DNA of 64,000 nt from Fistulifera solaris (lineage: Eukaryota), in the NCBI GenBank assembly GCA_030295235.1, contig AP026126.1, positions 620,001-684,000 on the forward strand. Direction: 5' to 3'. Below are positions 1 to 11,083 of this stretch, piece after piece. The notes under the pieces were generated by a model. That model searched no databases, was not told where the DNA came from, and saw only the letters and a list, made by a program, of their open reading frames with translations. Each line of letters starts with the position of its first letter. Position 1 is the first letter of the stretch. The translations under genes and the position numbers were made by a program.

Positions 1-119
1 ACTCCACGATAGTTTCGAGAAAAGTGGATGATGATTCTTTAACAACAATCTGCCCTACACCTCGCATCGTTTGTTCCAAGGACCGTGGCTTTTGATGCAA
101 GGGCCGACCTTTTCGAAAC

Positions 120-132
120 AGAGAGAGAGAGG

Positions 133-168
<36 letters not shown>
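120..168. repeat. (GA)n microsatellite
   Basis: About 24 GA units with two interruptions, downstream of the DUF6824 gene stop. Confidence 0.95.
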
Positions 169-171
<3 letters not shown>

Positions 172-269
172 GCCACAAAATGGACATATGCCAAGAACGA
201 AGCATGCTATGGTGCGTCAAACTTCCGTGCAGACAAACGATTCTCGCTTTACTTTCTATAATAAAAGTA

Positions 270-1595
270 CTATGATGAACTTTGTTTGCCACCTCCGAGT
301 GGCACGGGCTCGTAAGGATCGTCGGAAAGTTTGTATTCAGTGAGTTTGTCCAGGCACTGAAGAAGCTCCTGATCGTCAGGGGACGTCTTTTTCAATTTGC
401 GAGAACTTACTCGCTTGATGAGCTGGCTTGCTACTTCTGATGGTTGAGCATTCAGCAAAGCCGTCCCTGAGTTTACCTGTGGTGGCTGACTGCCAAACTC
501 GGGTTCGAATTCCAATGCAAAAGCTTGATTTAATTGCTGCTGACCAGGATGTCGCTCAAGAGGAGCCTGATTCAAAGTCGAATTTCGAATCACTCGGAGT
601 TGCATGTCATACTGCGTCGGAGCCCCAAAGATGTTTTGGTTAGCTTCCGGATTGTAATTGAAATGCATATTTGGAAGAGAGTGATGCATTTGATCGCGAA
701 AAGGTGTCGTTGATGCGTTCATATCGTAGCGCATATCAGGAAGGGAGTTGAAATTCGACGAGCTGTCACCTTCAAACATTAGCTGGAATGGACGTTGGTT
801 ACCCACAAAAGAAGAGGCGTCAGCTAAAAGTTGGTCAGAAACACTGAAGCTTCGGTTGCCAAAAGCATTCAATGTGTGTAATTCAGCAGGTGAAGGACCC
901 AAAGGCGGTAATGCGGAGTTCGAATGAAAGCTTCCGGGAACAGTGAATGCTGGTGTTATGCTTGAATTCGACTGATTCGTCAACTGCAGTGATCGTGGAA
1001 AGGGAAGCAAACTCTGTTGTGAATCCATTGCATAGTTCTGCGAGAAAATTCCCGTGGAGAGCTCTATTCGTGGACGCCTGTCGTTTTCAGAAAAAGCGTA
1101 CATCATTTGGGATCTGTCGGAGAATTTCATTACTTCTTTTCTGCGTTTTTTCTTGGAAACATTACTCGATTTATATCTCTCATGTAGCGCATCACGAAAC
1201 GCTTGCGATGTCTTTTCTCTCGCTAAAAAGTCGCCTACTTCGTACCATCTTCCAGAATCATCTTGCTTCACAAAGCCTCCACCGGGGCTTGCGCGGCGTA
1301 CGTCGGCAACAACTCGATTAAGAACGGCGGACTTGTCGAGCTTAGTCTTGGCCCTCGAATATTCGTCGAGGACCTTTTCAACCCTGGTTTTAAATAGCTC
1401 ATTCCCTGCATGACTGTAACATTTCTTGCCCCGACCACAAACAACATCTTGAATGCTTGGTTGAAATTCCTCCGCTAGAAAGTTCAAAGTTGATCCTGAT
1501 CGCTGTTTCATTGATACGAGAGAGTTCCGGCTTTGCCCATCGTGACTTCCTGCCTCACTCGCAACTGACGAATCTCCTGGCTCCGATCGCTGCAT
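270..1595 (-). CDS. DUF6824-domain protein (diatom-expanded putative transcription regulator)
   Basis: Intact 441-aa ORF with DVVCGRGKKCYSHAGNELF...PGGGFVKQDDSGRWYEVGDFLAREKTSQAFRD, followed by a basic NLS-like KKKRRK. Confidence 0.85.
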   Translation of the reverse strand: MQRSEPGDSSVASEAGSHDGQSRNSLVSMKQRSGSTLNFLAEEFQPSIQDVVCGRGKKCYSHAGNELFKTRVEKVLDEYSRAKTKLDKSAVLNRVVADVRRASPGGGFVKQDDSGRWYEVGDFLAREKTSQAFRDALHERYKSSNVSKKKRRKEVMKFSDRSQMMYAFSENDRRPRIELSTGIFSQNYAMDSQQSLLPFPRSLQLTNQSNSSITPAFTVPGSFHSNSALPPLGPSPAELHTLNAFGNRSFSVSDQLLADASSFVGNQRPFQLMFEGDSSSNFNSLPDMRYDMNASTTPFRDQMHHSLPNMHFNYNPEANQNIFGAPTQYDMQLRVIRNSTLNQAPLERHPGQQQLNQAFALEFEPEFGSQPPQVNSGTALLNAQPSEVASQLIKRVSSRKLKKTSPDDQELLQCLDKLTEYKLSDDPYEPVPLGGGKQSSS

Positions 1596-3304
1596 GTTTT
1601 CAAAACTATTTGTGGGTGTTTGGTATGAAATTATTATTTGTGAGATTACTTGTTGGTAAGTTAATGAATTGATGTGTGATGAGAGAAATATCAGTGCGAA
1701 GATGTAATCGAATGCAGTTTGTCGTTCACCACAAGGCGTCCGCCACCTTTTTCTAGAGTTTCTGAAAGTCGGCTGTCGGGTCCCAAATTTACTGGGATAG
1801 GCAGTCCCGGTCCCATCCCAGTAAGTACAGTCTATAACTTTCTCTTACGACTTTCCCAATAATTTCTGGCCTAAATCTGTGAATGACGACGGTACGGAGT
1901 ATCGAATCAACATAGAGAAAAATAACCAGTCAACCGTCGGTACTCGACTAGATCAAGGGGCATATGTATAGGTTGCCTTACGCCTCCCTACTTTTTTGGG
2001 CTGATCTTCTCCGAGACCTTAGATAAATTGGGAGCTTTGAGTTTTCGATGTTTAAGTTCCGAGTTCGTTGAAGTTTCGCATGGTGTGGCTTGATGTATGA
2101 GCTAATTTGTAGGGCTTAGGTGTGATTGTTCGTGATTCACAAATCATAACTCAATGCTCGGCCATTTTTCTAGGGACCTAAAAATTGATGAAGTTGTCTT
2201 TGGTCTTTCTTCCTGTAACCGTAAAAGCTCGTCGGGCAAGTTGGAACACTTAGAACAATCTGGGTTTTTAGCTGGAACGTCCGAGCCACAGAAAGGAGTA
2301 GAGTAACTCCGAAACGACTGAAGAATGACACCTTTTCTGCTTCAGGAAATGACTGATGACTAAAATGATTCATGATTCAGGACTCAGGACTCACGACAGA
2401 ATATTTCAGAGAACGCAAAACGCAATGGTACTAGTCCCACTAGATTCTAGAGAGAACTAGTAGCTACTAACGAAAATACGATAATAGTATCTCTAATTCA
2501 TCATTTGGAATTGTCGCTAACCACAGAGATTAGAGATTTATGATCCATGACTCACTTGTTCCTAATGAATGTACTCGAGACTTGCGGCTCCCGGATTTCC
2601 TTTGTGATTTTGATTTTAAACTCTACTTTTGGATCTTCCTCGAATCTGTCGGCACTTTAGATGCGTTCTCCCAAAGTATTAGCGTGACTATATTAACTCC
2701 TCGGAGTATGAGAGTCAAAGTTTCGGATAGTGATTGCGGGTTGTGGTTGTTGGCCCTTGGGCTAGGGTCAGGAGTGACTTGTAAGTTTGGCCTGGATATG
2801 ACGAATGACGAGTGATTAGTGACCATTGTGCTTGATGCCGACCTTGTAGTAGGTAATTTTTTCATTTGGGCGTTGGGCGTGGAGTGTAGGGTTCCGTTTG
2901 ACGATGATTCAGTATTTGATTTAGCTTCTAATAATTCCTGATGAGATGATTCAAGATTCGAGATCGATATAAACACAGTCTCCCTAACCCTTAACGCCGA
3001 ATTCCGAAGTCGACATTCGATGCACCATATTGACGATTGAAGGGTGCCGCTAGCTAAAAATATCACGGCGTGGCCTCGCCGTTTCCTTATTTACTCCGCA
3101 ATTTTTTTTCTTGGTTGGTTGACGGTGACACGCAGCACGCAGCACGCTGGCACCAGAACCAGGAAGATGCGGGAAATGTCACACCACGTTACATGACATT
3201 GAAAAACAGTACAATTCCGTTTCATTATCGGTTTCGCTAAATTTATTTAGGCTTATATCTAATGCTTTAATTAAAAACGCTGGCGTGCGCGTCACAAAGA
3301 TATA

Positions 3305-3425
3305 TGATGAAAGTGTAGAACTTTCATCAAATAGTTATGAAAGTTTCCGTTACTTGATGAAAGTTGTACACTTTCATCAGAATATGATGAAAGTTGTAGA
3401 CTTTCATCAAAATTCTGATGAAAGT
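3305..3425. repeat. Left array of 25-bp palindromes (TGATGAAAGT-N5-ACTTTCATCA)
   Basis: Full hairpins at 3305-3329, 3355-3379 and 3385-3409, plus half-sites. Confidence 0.95.
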
Positions 3426-3574
3426 TGTTCTTCACTTTGACGTTGTCCAGTCACCGAGTGCATTAAGGATTGGCGAGTTGCCAAAAACCAAAAACACTCG
3501 CACCTTTTCGATTTTACAAAACATGCTTTCTCCATCAACAACAAACATTCTCACATCACTCAGTAAACGTTATT

Positions 3575-3745
3575 ATGTTGGTTCTTAACCCCGAAGAAAT
3601 CTCGAGGGCTGGCCTTTTTGCGCCGGTTTGAAACACGAAACTCCCAACCAAAAATTCGACGATTCAAGGCTTATTACGGATCGTCGCCGATTGAATACGC
3701 CCACCTTATTCGAGACTTGCAGCTGACAGATGACCCTGATGGCTT
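3575..3745 (+). pseudogene. Fragment resembling the N-terminus of diatom DDE_Tnp_4 (Harbinger-type) transposases
   Basis: With frameshift correction it reads MLVLNPEEISRAGLF.AGFETRNSQPKIRRFKAYYGSSPIEYAHLIRDLQLTDDPD. The RF.xxYGSxP.xYAxxxxDLQ pattern is recalled from diatom DDE endonucleases. No catalytic domain is present. Confidence 0.55.
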
Positions 3746-3961
3746 TTTTCAAAAGAAGCGTTCGGAAGCACATTCATCAAGAAGACGACAAAATCAATTA
3801 GGATAGATGGGATACATCAAAAAGAGCTAACAAGAAAGGTTGACGCCGCGTAGAGTCAAAACGCAGCATCCGTCCGATGTGCGATGAGTACCGACGAACG
3901 ATTTTAACTCTAATGATTTTTGTGATGAATTTTTCTTTCGTGACTGATCAATAGTCATTCG

Positions 3962-4051
3962 TGATGAAAGTTGTACACTTTCATCAAATTTTGATGAAAG
4001 TTTCCGTTGCATGATGAAAGTTGTACACTTTCATCAGATTTTGATGAAAGT
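3962..4051. repeat. Right array of the same palindrome; about 90-bp direct copy of 3305-3394
   Basis: Hairpins at 3962-3986 and 4012-4036, with the same ATGAAAGTTTCCGTT spacer unit as the left array. Confidence 0.95.
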
Positions 4052-5202
4052 TAGTGCCTATGTAATTTTCGGCTTGCACGCTATATAGGATAGGGCTTAA
4101 AGCTCTATGTAACATTATAGTATATAGTGGATCGACAATTTCTATTAGTGTAGAAAAGGGTGTACACATCAGTACAATGCAACAGTCAGGGCTTAATTCC
4201 CGCATCTTCCAGGCACGCAGGCACGCGGCACAAACCTGTACGGAACACGGACGCTCAAAGTGTGTCTCGCGAGTCGCGAGTTGCAAGTAGGCTGTCTACT
4301 GTCTACATGGCAAGTCTGACAGTTGAGCTAGGGTCACGATTGACGATTCACGATCACAGTGACATCTACAAAGCGAAATCAATCACCAAAGATTCGAAGG
4401 TTATTGTGGTCTGAGTATGAGGGTATGTTTTTCCTATTTTGATGAGGATCTCTTCAAACTATACGTGGAAATTATTCTCTTATGTTATCCTTGGCTAAAA
4501 ACTAGAAGGGCAATAATTGCATAGCATTAAGCTCCCGAGATCGCTATCATAACACATCCAGAACGATTGTTCACGTTTGCGATAAGTCTTTTATAGCAAT
4601 AATATTTGGTGCGGGGTTTCTAAAATGAGAAATACGAAAACAATCGACACCATAGCTTCGATAAAGCTTTTGCTCCTTTGTGCCAGAGGAACCGTCCAGC
4701 TAAAGGACTTGGCCGTCAAATAATGTAAACATCATAGTGTGAATAGAGAATAGAGGCGTTTTTTGGCTTTTTAGAGATGAGAGAGCCCATTGTGCCATCG
4801 TGTCTTACGTCATGGAACTACCGCATACGTAACTCGGATTACTACTACAAGCCGCCGAGGTTCCCATACATTATCAGAAAGCGCATTGCACTGACTTTAT
4901 CACCTACTACATTTAAGTGTATAGTAGTGAGTGTTGTTATCTTCTACAGAATGTAACACAATGACGGCTTCCTCCTTGCGGACCTTCAGACTTCGGATCA
5001 TCGGAAAGCGGAAAGTGCAACTTTTGCTTGCAACGTTAGCGAGAAAAGTGACGTGAAAACGAAGATCATCAATCGATCGGCGTCCATCACCATCACCACA
5101 TCCACATTTAACACCGATCCCATTGTTTTGTTGTATATACACAAAACGAGATATCGCTGCCAACTATTTAATTTTTCCGAGTTCGTTGCACATGGTGACA
5201 GA

Positions 5203-5975
5203 ATGGTCAGAGTAAAGCAGAGTGGCAGCAACATAGTAAAAATGTCGTTGGAACTATCAAACAAGTCTCTTCAATCTTTTCGATCGGATTCTTCCTTGTC
5301 CTTCTCTTCCGCTCAACCAGATACTACCTTTGAGAAAGGAGGGCGAATGCGCGTGTCGAAATCTCCGTCGCTCAGGAAACTTTCTACAACTAGTTTTTCT
5401 GTGGACACTCAGTCCATGCAACGAGATGAAACCCCTTGCGACCCACAACTCCTGAACCTTACGGTCTTACCGGATTCATGAGTCAAAAGGAAGTCGAATT
5501 GAATACACTTGCTCAGTATTTTCTGTTGCTAGCCGTCGCCAGTCAACTGGGTGACATTCTGGATGAGATCATTGAAATCATCGAGCTTCATCTTCATACA
5601 TTTCCGGTGCTTGTCGTCCTTGGTGTTTTGCCAAAGATCCTTTTGAAAAAACCAAAAGCACAAGCGACCAAGAGCATCTGTTCCAACCAAAAAAGCACGT
5701 CTCTGATTTCATTATCCTCCACCGATATTTTGCGTGACATCGAAAAGTACTACGCGACGAAGGGCGAAGACGAGGAGGTCCCTCAGCTAGAAATGAAGTC
5801 ACCACCCCAACTTCGCCGTGTTGCTACACCCACAAACCAAGGCGACGAATGGGGTCATTTTGCAGATTTTGATGACGGTGTGGATCTCGTTGGAGAAAGT
5901 TTCTGTTTCCAGCGTCAGGATTCAGGACCACGGGCTGTCCTGTCTCCTCTTCACGAAACAGAGGTCGATGAGTGA
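5203..5975 (+). CDS. Hypothetical protein with a hydrophobic segment and a DEWGHFADFDD motif (probably one gene, frameshifted near 5440-5480)
   Basis: Overlapping ORFs 5053-5481 and 5436-5975; Ser-rich N-terminus. Confidence 0.5.
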
Positions 5976-6173
5976 GTTCGCACATCACATATGAATATAT
6001 GCTACGCTACGCTACGCTATTGATTCGTTAACAGGTAAACCTGGAACGAACTATTGAACAAACTGGTCACAACGACTGAACTGATAATAATATATAAAGC
6101 TTTTATCCTTACTATTTCAAGACGTTGTGTACATAGTAGATAGGAATCATTTGCGCCCATTTATCAATATTAA

Positions 6174-6585
6174 TCAGGGTTCGGCTATGCACTTGCAATC
6201 GGTGCAAGAGTAGTGATACCATGATAATCCCATCTGATACATGCACCCGCTTCCTACACAAGCGTCTCGATGTTCCCAACGGCAAATACATTCTATCGAC
6301 AATGAACCTAGTTAGATGTTCTCATGAATTATGACTTTTATCGAAAAACATTACAGTCGTACCTCCCGTTGTTGCTGTGACTGTACCCGTGGCTTTAGGA
6401 CAAAACTTTGTGTGCGGTGAGTAAATGGTACGTGCATGTGAAAGAGGGCGCCTTGGTTCACACGTCGAGATACTTACTCCGGCTGGTAGTTGAGGCGCAT
6501 CTTTGGGTGCCGTTCCACCGTTCACAAACGGAACGGTAAAGAAAAGAGAAATGGATACTAGTAGAATCGTTTGAGATCGTGTCAT
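6174..6585 (-). CDS. Small secreted cysteine-rich protein (118 aa, 2 exons)
   Basis: Signal peptide MTRSQTILLVSISLFFTVPFVNG. Intron 6308-6362 (GTACG...CTAACTAG) joins in frame to GSLSIECICRWEHRDACVGSGCMYQMGLSWYHYSCTDCKCIAEP*. Confidence 0.75.
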
Positions 6586-7210
6586 CTTCTTTTAGGATAA
6601 CAAGTTGCTTCTCTTTCAAACAGATGAGCAAAGAAATCAAAAATGGCCGTCTCGTGACTGAAATCCAATCGTAAGATTGCAAGTAGGTGAAGATGAATTG
6701 ACTAGCTAGAGAGATAATCCGCTTCAAGTGAAAAATCCATCTCGTTCTGAGTCTAATTATCTAAGAAAAAATGACTTGAATTAATGAAGCTTCGGTATAC
6801 CCTACAACAAACAATCAAATGTGCCTAAAGTCGATGATCAGTAGTTTTCATGCGTTTCAGCTAATACTGAGCATTGAGCTTTCAAAATAATAAGAGACAG
6901 CTTTTCCGGTTATTTTTACAATGCGCACCTCAACAAAATAAATAATGATGATTTTCGTTGCTTCAAACTTCCTTTACGCGCTGGGGCGCCTCTTTCCAAT
7001 AATTTTTCCACGACTGCATTTCAGACACGTTATAAAGAAACATTAAACTTTGTCGATCGACCTTATGATTTTCTTTTTTCAACTAATGGATTGTTATTAA
7101 CAACTATTCTTTGAGCGAAGTGCGATCTGCATTCTTTCCTGTACTCATGCTGCTGTGTTTCCAAGAGTCAAGTGTGCATACGGAAGGGTTTGACGATTGC
7201 GCCGTACATC

Positions 7211-8642
7211 ATGATGATGGCGTCTGCCTTGTTCATTCGAAACCATCGGCATCGCATTCACGTCCGAAGATCGCTGCTAACCATCCATTCCAATCTGGAT
7301 GACATTATGAACGAAGTATTGAATCTCGGAAACTTTTCGCAATTTCAATTCTCTACCATCGACAACAATAAGCGCTCTGGTCCAGAAGATTGGTTGGCAG
7401 TCGACTGGAATAGAGAAGAGCAACATGTCGTGGCGAGTCCTCCCTCGCCAGTAGATCAAGTCTGGATTCGCGATCGACCCGTTTACATCAAGCGAGACGA
7501 CCAGTTGCGCTTACCGGGCTCACAACTTTCGGGAAACAAAGCGAGAAAGATGCTCACGCTCACCTGCATGCAAGACTTTCCCGACTGTATTGTCAGTTAC
7601 GGTGGGCCACAATCCAACGCAATGTTGGCACTTGCCGCCGTAGTTCATTTTCAGAATCAAAAGATTAATTATGCAGACAACAAAAGAGATTTGTGTATTA
7701 CACAAAGAAATTACCCGCTTTCTGCGGAGTCAGCCGAATGGCAACTTGTTCCGGGCATTATTACTTGGGATGGAACTGGTAGAAGTGTCCGTCCAAGATT
7801 ACAATGATTTGTTCGGTGGAGACTTTGGTGGAAGTCCAGAACCACCAAAGAATTTACCACCGCCGATTCCTGGTAAATCCATTTGGATTCCGCAAGGTGG
7901 CGCATGTGGAGTGGCCGTCGCTGGTGCGAAACTGTTGGCAGAAGAAATCATCTCGTATTGGCGTGACAACGGTAGAGGCCGACCTTTGACCGTGGCTGTC
8001 CCCGGTGGTACCTGTTCGACAGCTGTATTATTATACAATGCAATCCGTTCTCTTCAAAATGAGCAAACGGATGAAGGCAAACTCGACGTTAAAGTATTGG
8101 TGATTCCGTGCGTGGGTGACGATGGATATGCACGCCGGCAAATGGCATCTCTCCTTTCACAAACTCGACAGACTGGAACGAACGATGGCGTTCTCTGTGA
8201 ATTGCCCGAAATTTTGCCCCCTTACCCGGAGAATATGTCTGGTCTTGGGCGAAGTAACACAGAGCAGTACGTGACGTTTGGGACGCCTGATGCAAGCGTC
8301 CTTGATGTATATCGCGAGATCAACGATGAGTGTGGCGTCCAATTGGATTTGCTGTACGGCGCATCCGCGTGGACGGTGTTGCTTCGCCATTGGCGATCCG
8401 AGTTGTTGTGGGAGTCATCAGAACATCCTACCTCGGCCAATTTTCAGGGAAGACAGCTGATGTATGTGCACTCGGGAGGACTGGAAGGGATTAATAGCCA
8501 GGTGAGTTATCTCGTTTCCCAAAAATTATAGATCGATGAAGTCATTGTACCTCACATATATCTCTTGTAGCTTCTTCGGTACCACTACAAGGGATTGGTT
8601 AGCATCGAGGATGTTCAAATATTGAGTCAGAGAAGGATATAG
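7211..8642 (+). CDS. PLP-dependent ACC deaminase / D-cysteine desulfhydrase family protein
   Basis: YIKRDD, SGNKARK (PLP lysine), SYGGPQSNAM, IPQGG, PGGTCSTA, LDLLYG and YVHSGG motifs. Frameshift(s) at about 7680-7720; intron 8502-8570; start uncertain. Confidence 0.85.
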
Positions 8643-8712
8643 CAATGCAGAAGCTAATTCATAAAATTTTAGTATATAGTGTGCTTAATGAATAATGACG
8701 ACATCGTGAAAC

Positions 8713-10252
8713 CTAAGGCATTTGATTACTTGCCGGCTGTTCTTGATTGGGCTGAGCAGCAGCAAACGAGTCCAATAGAGTCTTGAACTGGTGCTGTGAA
8801 AGTGCTGCAGCAGCAGCAAAGCCAGCCGCAAACTGCGAAGCCGCTTGCGAGGCCTGGAAAGCAGCAGCCAACTCACTCGCGGCAGCAAGTGGGGACGGCT
8901 TCTCGGTGCCAAACGCCGCAAAGTTGAGAGGAAAGCCTACAGGCATCGCAGCCGGAGGTGCAAACGATGAGGCCGGAATACCCAGGGCAGTTGGTAGGAC
9001 GGGGGCCGCGCTGCGACTACTTTCGGCAGCACCAAGAGACTGTTCGAACGCAGAAAGCGCGTGCTGATCACGAGGCGTTAAAGTCGATGCATTGCGATCA
9101 AACGTCGAGGTGCTCCCAGAAAGAACACTTCCCGAATATATGGGCATGCGAGCCTTGGGACCTCCCTGAAGAGTGCAATCGTGCATAAGGACATCCTCCT
9201 TGGCTTTTTTCGGGCAGAGGGTGAAGCTCGCTGATTCTGTAGAGATCAGGTTCATGGTCCGGATCAGATGCGGGCTTCTTCGATACACCAGGGCGTTTCA
9301 TGGTTTTGCAAAGGTGAGGAAGGCCTCGCAAGAACGATTCGTGATAATAGGCATTGCGATCACGTCCTTGGGTAATTCGTCGGAAGCCCCAACCGTTTGC
9401 CTGAGAGGAAGAAAAATAAAAAGACAGAAAGATAAGATTTGGGAAATCAACAATTCTGGCGCAGATCCCACGCAATCTCAACACTAGCTGTCCACGCGAT
9501 CAGTCTAGACGCGCCAAATCGAGCAAACCATAGCTATCCCTAGCTCTTCTGGACCAAATTTTCGTACCTGACGAATAAAGCTCGAAAACTTTGCATGCTC
9601 AAAATAGCTTGGAAGAACTCTAACCTCGAACTCTCTCGGTTTCAGGACACGCCAAGCCCTACCGTGAGGCATCCAGCAAATGATATCAGCGAGATCGTCT
9701 CTGCTTAAGATTGCGTGCATCTTAGCCGGAAAGTTAGGGACTCTTCCTGGGAGAGTGAGCGGGAGAAGCGGATCAGGATCTTTCTCAGTCGAACGATCGA
9801 TGTAGTGGAAGAAAGGAGCAGGGTTCAACACTGCACCTTCCTCTGGTTCTGCCTCCATTGCAACATCCTCAATGTTTTGCGGAGCAACTTCATTCTCCAC
9901 AACGCGCGCGCGCTTCACGCTGAAACCAGCGGCCATGTCCGGCCAATCCTCTTGTCCGCGTTTACCATCTGCCTGAAGCAACGCAACGGCAGATGCAGCG
10001 TCTGCTCATCCATGTTGAAGTCCATCTTTGTCAATCAAAGAGGCTTGCAGATCAACAAATGTTGCCAGAAGTGAAAATTGCGTTGTCCTCATGTACGGCG
10101 TACGCCTTTCTTCGTTCTCTCCGCGTAGGAGTTGGTACATCTTCTACATCCGAGGAAAGTTCACCACTACCAGCGAAGCTCGATGCCAGCACCACGTTCA
10201 ACAATTCTAGGGCCAACCGAATAAAACCTTGTACATTCAATTTCATAGTCAT
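8713..10252 (-). CDS. Heat shock transcription factor (canonical diatom HSF)
   Basis: [10 protein letters not shown]...WMPHGRAW...[21 protein letters not shown]...YYHESFLRG. Intron 9401-9567; frameshifts near 9205 and about 10000-10200; Ala-rich C-terminus. Confidence 0.9.
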
Positions 10253-10698
10253 TTGCAACCGGTATCAAAGTGGTGCGACAAAGGTTGGTCACTATTGTCT
10301 TCACAGTCGCAAAGATGCAAGATTAAATTAGGGATCGGGGATCGGGGACCTATTCTCTATCTCCTTTTAGGAAATACTGGGGTAGAAATAGGGGGAAACC
10401 TGGTACGTAGTACTTGTACAAAAGTACGTTGGGCCCAAAACCCAAGATAGGGAGCATGGAGCATTTTCATGATAGTCCAAAGTCCAGAGAGAGAAACCGT
10501 AGAACAGGGGAGAAAGAATACAGCAGTCGGCAGTCGCATAATCAAAATGTAGTCGGTTCTCCGTTCGTGATTTTTTCCGTTACACTTGCAATGGCTAGTG
10601 AAAAGTAAACTTATTGCTACATACGCACAGAATGTAGTTCGAGCTTGAAGTTCCGGTGGATTTTCGTCCGTCGTCCAGCGAACTGTGTCTACGTAGAG

Positions 10699-10738
10699 GT
10701 AAGGACGTATAAAAATGTACATTTTTATACGTCCTTAC
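10699..10738. repeat. Perfect 40-bp palindrome
   Basis: GTAAGGACGTATAAAAATGT|ACATTTTTATACGTCCTTAC. Confidence 0.95.
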
Positions 10739-11083
10739 GTAGAGGTAGAGACCTGTAGGTGTAGGGCTGTAGGGCGATATGTTGTGACGTGGAACACCCT
10801 GTGCTGGGTTATTGACTGACGCACATTTTGCTGGCACCACCATTGAAGCTGAAAGATGTGAGAAATGAGTGTGCGGTGTGCGAGGTGCAAGTTACTGTGC
10901 GACGTCTCGAGAGCTCGTCTTTTCTGGCTAACGTCATTTTTTGCGTCCCTAGGGCCGAGCAATTGAAAGTCTTGATTTCTTATGAATCATCAGTCTACAG
11001 TCTACAGTCCACAGTCTACAGCAATCAACAATATCACTAATAATGAAGTTGATTCCATTCTGAACGACTGTGACAAGAATTGT

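Larger units (their letters stand above)
3250..4097 (+). mobile_element. Internally deleted non-autonomous DNA transposon, probably PIF/Harbinger-type (ends approximate)
   Basis: Palindromic TGATGAAAGT-N5-ACTTTCATCA arrays at 3305-3425 and 3962-4051. A truncated transposase-like N-terminus lies at 3575-3740. Weak TIR candidates GGCTTATATCTA (3250) and TAGGATAGGGCT (4086-4097) are flanked by TTA/TAA. Confidence 0.6.

Noticed and set aside
71..343. ORF with an RE-repeat
   Set aside because: It is a translation of the (GA)n microsatellite and overlaps the DUF6824 gene antisense.
2170..3066. Short ORFs in the intergenic region
   Set aside because: No recognisable motifs and low-complexity composition; many other short antisense ORFs in the track were ignored for the same reason.
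3305..4051. Palindromic repeats as a CRISPR array
   Set aside because: No unique spacers of regular length, no cas genes, and a eukaryotic context; fits transposon subterminal repeats better.
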